The notes beneath the pieces were generated by a model. That model ran no database searches. It saw nothing but the letters and a program-made list of their open reading frames with translations, and was not told where the DNA came from. From the NCBI GenBank assembly GCA_047519745.1, contig JAPVSJ010000109.1, positions 6,326-70,325 on the forward strand: a DNA stretch of 64,000 nt, written 5' to 3'. The stretch's first letter is position 1. The number at the start of each line of letters is the position of its first letter. This DNA is from Actinomycetota bacterium. Its GTDB lineage: Bacteria; Actinomycetota; Thermoleophilia; Solirubrobacterales; 70-9. Shown here one piece after another: positions 15,870 to 24,304 of this stretch. A program made the translations under genes and the position numbers.

Positions 15870-16975
15870 TTCTGCGACCGCCGCAGCGATTCCATCACCA
15901 GCTCAACCGCATGCGGGGCCGCGGTCCGCCCGGGATCGTCGCTGGGCGGCTGGACATCCGGGTGGAAGGCGACGGCGACCGCCAAGGGGCCGCTGGCCAG
16001 ATCGACCACCGCGAACTGGCCGGCCAGAAAGTCACCGTCCAGGGAGCCTCCCCAGCCCGCCTTGTAAGCAGGGTTCAGCCCGGCGAAGGCCTCTCCCGCG
16101 CCCCAGTCGAGCGGGGCCGTCAGTTCGCCCGGCGCAACCTCGCGACTCACCGCTTTGGGAAGGCGCATCTCGGCGAGGACTCGATTCGAAATCGCCTTTC
16201 CGTAGACCCCGGCGGCAAGCGCCCGGGCGAAGCGAACCGCGTCGCCGATTCGCCATTCCGAGGTGCCAAGCAGCACTCCCGGCGCGAGCGGGTCGGCGAT
16301 TTCATGCTGGCTTTCCAGGTATTCGAGGCAGCTCGATTCGGGGGGCTCGACTTCCTCGCTGACCTTGGCCCGGCCCCCGGCGGCACGCAGCACTTCCGCA
16401 ACCGCCCGCCGAGCCCCCGCCGGACCAGCCCCAGTCGCCTGCTGAAGTTCGAGCACCACGCGGCGCTGCCGACAGTTCTCCGAACGGGTGATCGCCCCTT
16501 CCAGCGCGCTCTGCACCTCCGGCGTCAGGGTGTTCCCGGGCACCCCACCCCAACCCTCGGCGCGCAGGAGGCCGACCATGACGACGGCCTTGCTCATGCT
16601 CCACATCCGCATCCAACGCTTGCCGCCGTCTGGCCGGGAGGTAACGATCACGGGGTCTCGCCAGCTGGTGAACGTCGCCGCCGCCTCGACCGAGCCCCCA
16701 AGCGCGGCGGCCTGCTTGACGCCGCGCCTCAGCGCCGCAGCGATCTCAGGGCGATCGCTCTCCGGCGCTTTCCTGAGCGAGGTCGTTACGGCAGCGCCGA
16801 GCACAACGAGCCTCATGTCATGGCTCTGGCTGGCCGCGATCAGGCACATGACCACGGCGATGAGCGCGGTCATGGAGGCAGCGGCGATGCGCCGCTGCCT
16901 CCTGAGCCGCGTCGAGGCTCGGCGCGACCTCGTCAACAGGTCGTCCCAAGCAGCTCGTCGTAGCGCGGTTTCCAA
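15866..16975 (-). CDS. membrane-anchored serine hydrolase / class A beta-lactamase-fold protein
   Basis: N-terminal TM helix MTALIAVVMCLIAA, SxxK (WSMSKAVVMVGLL), SxN (RSENC) and KxG (YKAGWGG) motifs in the canonical order. The start may be a later in-frame codon. Confidence 0.65.
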   Translation of the reverse strand: METALRRAAWDDLLTRSRRASTRLRRQRRIAAASMTALIAVVMCLIAASQSHDMRLVVLGAAVTTSLRKAPESDRPEIAAALRRGVKQAAALGGSVEAAATFTSWRDPVIVTSRPDGGKRWMRMWSMSKAVVMVGLLRAEGWGGVPGNTLTPEVQSALEGAITRSENCRQRRVVLELQQATGAGPAGARRAVAEVLRAAGGRAKVSEEVEPPESSCLEYLESQHEIADPLAPGVLLGTSEWRIGDAVRFARALAAGVYGKAISNRVLAEMRLPKAVSREVAPGELTAPLDWGAGEAFAGLNPAYKAGWGGSLDGDFLAGQFAVVDLASGPLAVAVAFHPDVQPPSDDPGRTAAPHAVELVMESLRRSQK

Positions 16976-19200
16976 GCGCGTTCGCGCGCCCTGGTGGTCG
17001 AGTAGCCGGGGTCATAGCGCCAGATGCCACGTTCGTATTTGGCCCAGGTGAGCCCTGCCCATTCGGTGCACGACGCGCTCGGGTCATACCAGCGCATGCC
17101 CCGCACGTCGACCCGCGCAACGCCATTCGCTTCGAGCTTGTCGATCGCGACCCTCATGCCGTGCGGTTCGAGGTAGGGGGTGAGCGTCGCCTGCGCTCGG
17201 CGCCATTTTCCGAAGCCCCCTTCGCGCTGCGCCTGTCGTTGCTTGCGCTTGCTCAACAAGCGCCAGGCGCGGTTGAATTCGCTGTTGACGACCGCACGGT
17301 GGTAGCCGTAGAGGACCTGGCGTATCTGGCGGGCCATCTGTTCCTTGGAGATGAGCGGGAAGCCCCTGTGGTCGACGGTCGCTTCCGCTTCGGGTTCCGT
17401 TTCGGGCGCTTCTTCTTCGACGAATGATTCCGCCGCCTGTTCGGCTTCCGAGAAGGACGTGGCCGACCCCGAGGCGGAGGCCCCGCCCGCGGAGGTGGAC
17501 CGCGCCAATTGTGCGATCCCGACCGCGACGACGGCCAAGACGGCGATGACGGCCAACGAGGACGCGCCGACTCGCCATGCCCAGCCACCCTGGCCGATCG
17601 GTGTGAAGGTCGCCGCATTGGCGCCAGCCAGGCGCTGGGCGGTCCGTGACGGCTCGAAGGGACGCTGGGCAGGGACGACGCCGCGCCGCGAGAGCAACCA
17701 GAGCAGCGGCTCAGTCGCGCCCCTAGGCTCGAACGCGCTCTTGTCGTCCGCCTCCGGGACACGGCCGAGAGCGCTGCAGGCGAACCACCTGACGTTCCCG
17801 AATTCACCCTCGACGGCACGCACGAAGTTGCCGGCGCCATTGGCCTCGAGCCAGGCACGCGGCGCCTTCTCACCCGCGCTCGCGCGCAGGTTCTCGATCT
17901 CGGCGTCGATGCCGAAGGCGTCGGTCTTGCCGATCGTCACTGCGATCGGCACGTCCTTGGGATCGACGCCACCCTCGACCAGCGCGGCGAGCATCCGCTC
18001 CAGGACACGCATCGGCTCCTCTGGCGAGGGGCGGACCGCTTCGCGGGACTCGCTCAGCTCGCTCGCGTGTTCCTCGGCCACGCGGGGAATCGAGAGTGGG
18101 TCGACGAGGAGAACCAGGCCCGAGGGAACCTCGAGGAAGCGCAGGTTCCTGACCTGGTCGGAGGCCTGGTAGTTCTCGCCGGCGACGTCGTAGGCGTAGA
18201 GCACGCGGGAGCGGTCGTCACCCTGAACCTCGGTGACGAGTGCCGGGTTGCCCGAGATCTGCGTCTTCTGTGGCAACCTGCCCTGGCGCAGACCGCCAAC
18301 AACCTCGCTATAGGCGGTGCTGCTCTCGTCGAGGACGTCGACGGCGAGACGCTTTTCCGCCGCCATCTTCTCGAACTCGAGCATCGCGGCCGCGAGATAG
18401 GTGGTCTTGCCCGCGCTCGGCCCCGCGACCAGGGCGATGCGCAGCGTCTCGGCGAAGCCGATCAGGCCCGACATCGGGTGGCCCGAAGGACAGCGCTGCG
18501 GTACCCGCTGGCGGCCGCCGAGGACGGTCGTCGGCAGGGCGACCAACTCGCAGGAGCATTCTCGCCGGAATATTCCCCAGCGCCCGGGGACGAGATTGCG
18601 ATGCTCGGCGCTGCAGTTGGGACAGACGTATACGGGCAGCGGGAAGCGTTCGTGGTCCTGGGGGCACTCGTAGGCGGTCCGGCGCAGGCGGCGACGGACC
18701 GCCTCGGCCGCGCGCAGGATCCAGACCATCAACCAGGCGCCGGCGATCAGGATCCCGGCGACGAGCATCACCGGCGCCACGACGAGCAGACCAAGCCCAG
18801 CGCCGACGAACGGCGCGATGTAGCCCCCCGCGAGGACACCCCAGGCAAGCGGCGTCGTCACCCCGTCGTTGTATTTGTCGGCAAAGCGGGTGCAGGTCGC
18901 GCGGAAGGTGAGCATCTCGGCCCACGCTTTTTTCAGGGCCGCTTCAAGATCGCTCCTCAGCTGGCCGAGGATGTAGAGCTGGAAGGCCGGCTCCGGCGGC
19001 AGCGGCTGGCGCCGGGATTTACCGCGCGAGCTCACTGAGCCGCCGAGGTCAGAGGCAAAGGCGAGGCTGCCCTGGCCGAGGCCGATCAGGGCCCCGCCCG
19101 CTGCCCCCAGGGCAAAGACCGCGATTGCGGCCGCGATGAGAATCATCACCACGATGGCTCCAATGGCCAGCGCCAGCATGCCTCCGATCAGGTCGTCCAT
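16933..19200 (-). CDS. membrane-embedded zinc-ribbon P-loop GTPase with a C-terminal extracytoplasmic domain (paralogue of 24301-25473)
   Basis: Hydrophobic segments near residues 8-48, 118-163 and 541-566. Cys clusters ECPQDH..CPNC and CSCE..RCPSGH. G1 VAGPSAGKTT, G3 YDVAGE, LVLLVDP, G4 GKTD. Confidence 0.75.
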   Translation of the reverse strand: MDDLIGGMLALAIGAIVVMILIAAAIAVFALGAAGGALIGLGQGSLAFASDLGGSVSSRGKSRRQPLPPEPAFQLYILGQLRSDLEAALKKAWAEMLTFRATCTRFADKYNDGVTTPLAWGVLAGGYIAPFVGAGLGLLVVAPVMLVAGILIAGAWLMVWILRAAEAVRRRLRRTAYECPQDHERFPLPVYVCPNCSAEHRNLVPGRWGIFRRECSCELVALPTTVLGGRQRVPQRCPSGHPMSGLIGFAETLRIALVAGPSAGKTTYLAAAMLEFEKMAAEKRLAVDVLDESSTAYSEVVGGLRQGRLPQKTQISGNPALVTEVQGDDRSRVLYAYDVAGENYQASDQVRNLRFLEVPSGLVLLVDPLSIPRVAEEHASELSESREAVRPSPEEPMRVLERMLAALVEGGVDPKDVPIAVTIGKTDAFGIDAEIENLRASAGEKAPRAWLEANGAGNFVRAVEGEFGNVRWFACSALGRVPEADDKSAFEPRGATEPLLWLLSRRGVVPAQRPFEPSRTAQRLAGANAATFTPIGQGGWAWRVGASSLAVIAVLAVVAVGIAQLARSTSAGGASASGSATSFSEAEQAAESFVEEEAPETEPEAEATVDHRGFPLISKEQMARQIRQVLYGYHRAVVNSEFNRAWRLLSKRKQRQAQREGGFGKWRRAQATLTPYLEPHGMRVAIDKLEANGVARVDVRGMRWYDPSASCTEWAGLTWAKYERGIWRYDPGYSTTRARERAWKPRYDELLGTTC

Positions 19201-19886
19201 CTGTACCTCGCTTCTTTCGTGGGTTTTCTCTCGATGTCGAAGGCCGGGAAGAAGCGCGGCACGACCAGCGAGCCGATGCCGATCGCCACCGTCGCGGCGA
19301 TCGCCAGCCGCGCCTCCGGGCTGCCGAGGTCATGCAGGCTGCCGCCGAGCGCGGTGTAGACGAAGCAGCGGGGCGCGAAGCCAACCGCCGTGCCGATCGC
19401 GATACGCGAGAGGGGGATCGCGGTGAGGCCGCAGGCATAGCTGGTGTAGGTGAATGGGAGGCCGGGGACGAGCCGGGCGAAGATGACGCTGCGCAGGGGG
19501 CGGGCCTCCAGCCAGCGGCCGAGACGGGCGACCCGATCGCCGAGTACCGCGGCCGCGCCGGGGGAGCTGACACCGCGAACGATCAGCACGGCCAGCAACG
19601 CCCCGACGGTCAACCCGGCCAGTGCGACCGGGAAGCCGAGCGCGAGGCCGAGCACGTAACCGGCCGCGGCGGCGAGCAGGCCGGCGGAGACCAGCGCCGG
19701 CGTCAGCACCGCCACCGCAGCGAAGGTCAGGGGCAGCGCCGCCCCGCTTTCGTCGGCGAAGTCGGCCACGCTGTGCGCGTTCAGCGCCAGCCCGATCAGG
19801 ACGCCGACGGCGACCACCGTGACGACGACGAAGAGGATGAAGAGCCGCGTTCGCTCGGCCCGTGGCGAACGGCGCTCGGCGTTCAT
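19188..19886 (-). CDS. TVP38/TMEM64 (DedA superfamily, SNARE-associated) membrane protein
   Basis: ARLVPGLPFTYTSYACGLTAIPLSRIAIGTAVGFAPRCFVYTALG is the family core motif. 4-nt overlap upstream and 13-nt overlap downstream. Confidence 0.8.
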   Translation of the reverse strand: MNAERRSPRAERTRLFILFVVVTVVAVGVLIGLALNAHSVADFADESGAALPLTFAAVAVLTPALVSAGLLAAAAGYVLGLALGFPVALAGLTVGALLAVLIVRGVSSPGAAAVLGDRVARLGRWLEARPLRSVIFARLVPGLPFTYTSYACGLTAIPLSRIAIGTAVGFAPRCFVYTALGGSLHDLGSPEARLAIAATVAIGIGSLVVPRFFPAFDIERKPTKEARYRWTT

Positions 19887-21892
19887 CGCTTCACCAACCC
19901 TTCGCCGGCCAGCTGGCGGGCGATGCCGCGAAAGCCACCGGCCAGGTCGGCGAGGTCGAGGATCTCGCCGTCGACGGTCGCGAGCCGCTCGAGGAAGGCG
20001 AGGTTGGCCCCCTCGACCCCGCGGGCGACGATGTCGACCTCTTCCTCGACGAGGCGCTCGCGGAGGCGCATGGTCGCAGCGGTGTCGTTGGGCTGACCGT
20101 CGGTGAGCAGGACCACGACGCGACGACCGGACTCTCCGGCCAGGCCCTTGCCGGCCACCTCCAGGCCGGCGGCCATGTCAGTGCTGCCGCTGGCGCTCAG
20201 GCCTTTTGCCGCTCGCCGCAGCCGCTTCGGCGAGGCGCCGATCGCGGCCTCGTTCTTGGCGCTGGTCGAGAAGGAGACGAGCGCAATCCGCTCCCCAAGG
20301 CCGGCCTCCTCGAGCACGTCGATGAAGCCGCGCAGCGCGACCTTCGCCTCCTCCAGCTTGCCGCCCGACATGCTGCTGCTGACGTCGACCACGAGCGCGA
20401 CGGCGAGCCCTTCCGCGCCAGCGTGACTGCCGGGCTCCTCGTCGGTCCAGGCGAGGTCCCGTTCGTCGCGGTCGATCACGGGATCGCCGATGCGCTGGCC
20501 CTCGACGCTGGCCGACACCTGGACGATGCCGTCCCGGTCGTACTCGTAGGCAACGTCGACGCTGAGCGTGCCGCTTCGCGTCGCCTCGATCCCCTCGAAC
20601 CGCCAGCAGCCGAGCGGCTGGTTGTCGAGCGGACGTTCGGCCTCCCCCTGCAGCATGTGAACCTCGAGCCTGCCGCCCCCGCCAGCCGGAACGGCGAGGC
20701 TGTGGGGCTTGCTCGCGCGGGCCGGGATCGGCGCGTTGCGGGCGATCATCACCTGGTTGACGTAGCGATCGCCGGCTGCCGAGACGACGACGAAGCCGAG
20801 GGCATGGGCGGTGACGTCGCGGATTCGCGTCAGGGCGCCGCCGCCGTCCGAGGCGGACCCGCTCGCCGGTTCCGCGGCTGCGATCGCCGCGCCGCGGGCC
20901 ACGGCCTCGTCGGGGTCGACGCCGGCCGAAGGCCGCGTCCCGGTAACCCGCTCCAACACATCCGCACATGGCGGCATGCGGGTCGAGCCGCCGACGAGCA
21001 GCACCTCGTCGATCCGGTCGGCGTCACCCACGTCCTCGAGCACGCGAGCGACGATTCCCTCAGTGCGGTCGAAGAGGTGGGCAGTGCGCTCGAAGAACCG
21101 TTGCCGGGTGACCTCGACCCGGCGCAGACCCGCGGCGGTGGCGACGTTGACCGAGCATCGCTCCAACCGCGAGAGCGCGTGCTTGGCCTCGCGAGCGCGC
21201 TCTTCCAGCTCGGCCAGCAGCGCGGCGTCGTCGCGCGGATCGGCCTCCCCGTCGAGCGCTTCGACAAGCAGCTCCGCCATTGCGTCGTCCCAGTCCTTGC
21301 CGCCGAGCCGGTGATCGCCGAGCGTCGCCAGCACCTCGGAGCCGCTTTCCCGATGACGCACGACGGACACGTCGAAGGTGCCGCCGCCGAGGTCGTAGAC
21401 GAGCACGGTCGCGGTGCCCCCGATGCCGTGGCCGAAGCAAGCGGCGGTCGGCTCGTGGATCAGCCCCAGCGGCTCGATGCCGGCGAGGTTCGCGGCCTCG
21501 AGCGTCGCGCGGCGGGCGTCGTCGCCGAAGTAGGCAGGAATGGTCAGGATCGCGCGGGCAACCGGCTCGCCAAAGGTGGTGGCGGCATCGGCGACGAGGG
21601 CACGCAGGACCTCGGCGGAGAGATCCTCGGGTCGCCAGCGCCGCCCCGCCGCGTCGACCTCCCACTCGGTGCCCATCGCCCGCTTGAAGAAGGCAAAGCA
21701 CGATTCGGGGTCCAGCGGCGCCGAGCGCGCGGCCTCCTCGCCGACGAGGACACCGGCCTCCTGCACGGCGACCACCGAGCGAAGCCGGGGACCGCCATCG
21801 CGGGTGGTGGCGAAGTCCACCCGGCCGGTCCCGTCGACCATCGCGAGCATCGAGATCGTCGTGCCCAGGTCGATGCCCACCGGGGCGTCCAT
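19883..21892 (-). CDS. Hsp70-family ATPase fused to a C-terminal von Willebrand factor A domain
   Basis: GIDLGTT, TIPAYFGDDARRATLEAANLAGIEPLGLIHEPTAA, VLVYDLGGGTFDVSVV and VLLVGGSTRMP (actin-fold NBD). A beta-rich middle region. vWA with MIDAS DVSSSMSG ... VVLLTDGQPND. Confidence 0.85.
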   Translation of the reverse strand: MDAPVGIDLGTTISMLAMVDGTGRVDFATTRDGGPRLRSVVAVQEAGVLVGEEAARSAPLDPESCFAFFKRAMGTEWEVDAAGRRWRPEDLSAEVLRALVADAATTFGEPVARAILTIPAYFGDDARRATLEAANLAGIEPLGLIHEPTAACFGHGIGGTATVLVYDLGGGTFDVSVVRHRESGSEVLATLGDHRLGGKDWDDAMAELLVEALDGEADPRDDAALLAELEERAREAKHALSRLERCSVNVATAAGLRRVEVTRQRFFERTAHLFDRTEGIVARVLEDVGDADRIDEVLLVGGSTRMPPCADVLERVTGTRPSAGVDPDEAVARGAAIAAAEPASGSASDGGGALTRIRDVTAHALGFVVVSAAGDRYVNQVMIARNAPIPARASKPHSLAVPAGGGGRLEVHMLQGEAERPLDNQPLGCWRFEGIEATRSGTLSVDVAYEYDRDGIVQVSASVEGQRIGDPVIDRDERDLAWTDEEPGSHAGAEGLAVALVVDVSSSMSGGKLEEAKVALRGFIDVLEEAGLGERIALVSFSTSAKNEAAIGASPKRLRRAAKGLSASGSTDMAAGLEVAGKGLAGESGRRVVVLLTDGQPNDTAATMRLRERLVEEEVDIVARGVEGANLAFLERLATVDGEILDLADLAGGFRGIARQLAGEGLVKR

Positions 21893-24304
21893 CTAGCGCT
21901 CCTCCCCGCGGCGGAACACACCTCGTACCGCCCGCGAAACCGCGCGGCGAGGAGGGTGATCCTCGAGCCAGCGCTCCCAGGCCCGGCCGCGGCGCTCGCC
22001 CAGAATCACGCCGACCTCGTCCAGCTCGGCGAGTGGAAGGTCGCGGGTCGCCCGTGGGAGCGCGACCTCGAGCAACGGCTCGCGACAGCTCTTCGGCGCC
22101 TGCCAGAGAACAAACACGTCGGCGACGAGCTTCGAGGGGTCGAGGCTCTTCGCGATGCGGCGCGCCAGCGCGTCACCCAGCTCCAGGGGCCAGTCCCGAC
22201 CCATGCCACGCAGCAGGACCTCGATCCCCTTCGCGTAGTCGTCCTCGTCCAAGGACTGGATGGCCACCCGAGCCGCGAGGTCGCTCAATTCCCCATCGCG
22301 GGCGGGAGACAGCGACTCTCCTCCTCGCAGCAGGCGATCCGCCGCCACGGCCCAATCGCGAAAGGCCTGGCGTTCCGGCGCCGCCTCGAAGAGCAGGCTC
22401 CAGGCGAGGTACTCGGTGTCGCCGCGCACCGCGCCCGGGCCGTTGCGCAAGACGCCGAACAGCCGCCTCGCCTCCTCGCCCTGCCGAAACGACAGCTCCG
22501 CGAGGCAGTCGAGGGCCCGTTCGTAGTCGAGGTGAGGAGCCTCGCGCCCAGCGGCATCCCAGGCAGTGAGCAGCTCGGCGTTCTCCTCCGCCCCCACCGG
22601 GCCGTCGTCGCCGTAGAGGCCGCGGATCATCGCCTCGTGGCCACGGGTCTCCGCCCGACCCGCGAGGGCCGCCACGGCGGCGCCACGATCGGCGCCGGCG
22701 AAGTCCGCTCGCAGCAACTCCCACGCCGCGATCGCCTCGAAATCGCCCGCCTCGGACGCGTTCGCGCGCACCGCCTCCCGTGCCAGCGGCTGGTCCGCCG
22801 CTCGCCTGAGGAGCTCTAGGCCTTGACCGGAGCCCGCCGCCTCGGCCAGCTTCAGCGCGACTCCTTCGATGACCCGCGCGTTTCCCGACGCGCCGATCAC
22901 CGCGTATGACGCCTGCACGGCCGGGTCGGCGAAGGAGCGAGCGATCGGCTCGACCAGCTCCTTGTCGAGGGCGGTGTTGCAGCCAACCAGGCCCAGCCGC
23001 AGGCCCGCCGTGAGGTAGGGGCCAAAACGCTCGCCCCCGTCCGCCCCCGAGAGCAGACCAAGCCACTTGACGAGCACCGCGGCCGAGGGCGCCGTCGGGC
23101 TGGCCGAGTCCACTTCCGGCAGCGGCGGGGCATCCGGGCCGAGAGACGGGAGAAGCCGCTCGAGCGCGACGTCGACGAGAGCCGTCGCGTCAGGGTCCTC
23201 GCTTCCCCTTGCCGCCGCGAAGAGCTGGGCCCACTCCTCAGACTCCCCCTCCACGCTTCCGCCCTCCGGCAGCTCCGCCGCCATCTCGGCGAGCAGACCA
23301 GCGCCAGTCGTCGCGAGGCAACCGCGCAGAGCCGCGATCGCGTGCGGCAACTCGGCGGGCAGAACAAGCTCGAGCCTGCGCGCCGCCACCGCCAGCTCGG
23401 CGCCCGCGCTGGCGAGGTCGAGACCAGCGGGCACGTCGCGAATCGCGGCCGACACGGCCTCCGCACCGTCACCCGCCAGCGCCGCCAGGGCCCTGCCGTA
23501 AAGCGAGAGCTCAGAGACCGGAGGGGGCGTGGCGGCGTCGACGACGGTGACCGCGCTGCCCAGCTCGTAGGGCGGGAAATCCGTGTCGCAGGCCGGCGTC
23601 GTGACGCACATGCGCACCGACTCGGCGACCCGCGGCCTACCCTCGAAAGTGGCGAAGGTCAGCGCCGTAGCCCGGTCGGGTGGCAGCGTGAAGCTGGCCC
23701 AGGCGACCCAGGCCGCCGCGAGCTCCGCCTCGGCCTCGACGATCACGACCCGCGGGCCGCCGAGGACGGCGCTGAGGGCGGCGTCCGAGACGGCCCCGAG
23801 CGCCGGGGCACCGCGGGAAAGAAGTCGGCCGAGCACCTGATCGAGGTCCACCGGCCCGGGCTCGACCCCCTCGAGAACCGGGAGATCGGTCCGCGTCGAC
23901 TCCGCAGTGGACCAGTGGGGCGCCTCCCAGAGCTCGATCGGCAAGAGGCCACCGAACGGGTCCGGTTCCTCGCCGGCGATGATGTGGGAGAAGTAGTTGC
24001 CGAAGCGCCCGCTGTCGGGCTCCCCTTCCGCGCCGCGAAACTCGCGCCCGACGTAGACGGTCCGCGAGACGACCGGGCCAATGCCCTCCACCGGCAGGTA
24101 GCGCAGGTCGACCGGTAGCGCCGCGATCTCCTCGGGATTGGGTTCCGCCGGCGCATCGGGCGGCGGGCGGTAGCCGGAGTGGTCGGCGGCTAGCCGAGTC
24201 AGCTGCTCAGGCGCGAGCCCGCCGCTCGCGGCGTTGAACTGAAAGCCGGCATGGCCCGAAAGGCCGTTGCGGCAGGAGGTGTGGAACGCCTGGCGGCAGC
24301 TCAT
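21893..24304 (-). CDS. large helical protein with a GAP1-like (GTPase-associated protein) N-terminus
   Basis: N-terminus MSCRQAFHTSCRNGLSGHAGFQFNAASGGL... The rest is Ala/Leu-rich and helical. Flanked by the GTPase gene (4-nt overlap) and the Hsp70-vWA gene (abutting). The family name is from memory, not from a search. Confidence 0.55.
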   Translation of the reverse strand: MSCRQAFHTSCRNGLSGHAGFQFNAASGGLAPEQLTRLAADHSGYRPPPDAPAEPNPEEIAALPVDLRYLPVEGIGPVVSRTVYVGREFRGAEGEPDSGRFGNYFSHIIAGEEPDPFGGLLPIELWEAPHWSTAESTRTDLPVLEGVEPGPVDLDQVLGRLLSRGAPALGAVSDAALSAVLGGPRVVIVEAEAELAAAWVAWASFTLPPDRATALTFATFEGRPRVAESVRMCVTTPACDTDFPPYELGSAVTVVDAATPPPVSELSLYGRALAALAGDGAEAVSAAIRDVPAGLDLASAGAELAVAARRLELVLPAELPHAIAALRGCLATTGAGLLAEMAAELPEGGSVEGESEEWAQLFAAARGSEDPDATALVDVALERLLPSLGPDAPPLPEVDSASPTAPSAAVLVKWLGLLSGADGGERFGPYLTAGLRLGLVGCNTALDKELVEPIARSFADPAVQASYAVIGASGNARVIEGVALKLAEAAGSGQGLELLRRAADQPLAREAVRANASEAGDFEAIAAWELLRADFAGADRGAAVAALAGRAETRGHEAMIRGLYGDDGPVGAEENAELLTAWDAAGREAPHLDYERALDCLAELSFRQGEEARRLFGVLRNGPGAVRGDTEYLAWSLLFEAAPERQAFRDWAVAADRLLRGGESLSPARDGELSDLAARVAIQSLDEDDYAKGIEVLLRGMGRDWPLELGDALARRIAKSLDPSKLVADVFVLWQAPKSCREPLLEVALPRATRDLPLAELDEVGVILGERRGRAWERWLEDHPPRRAVSRAVRGVFRRGEER

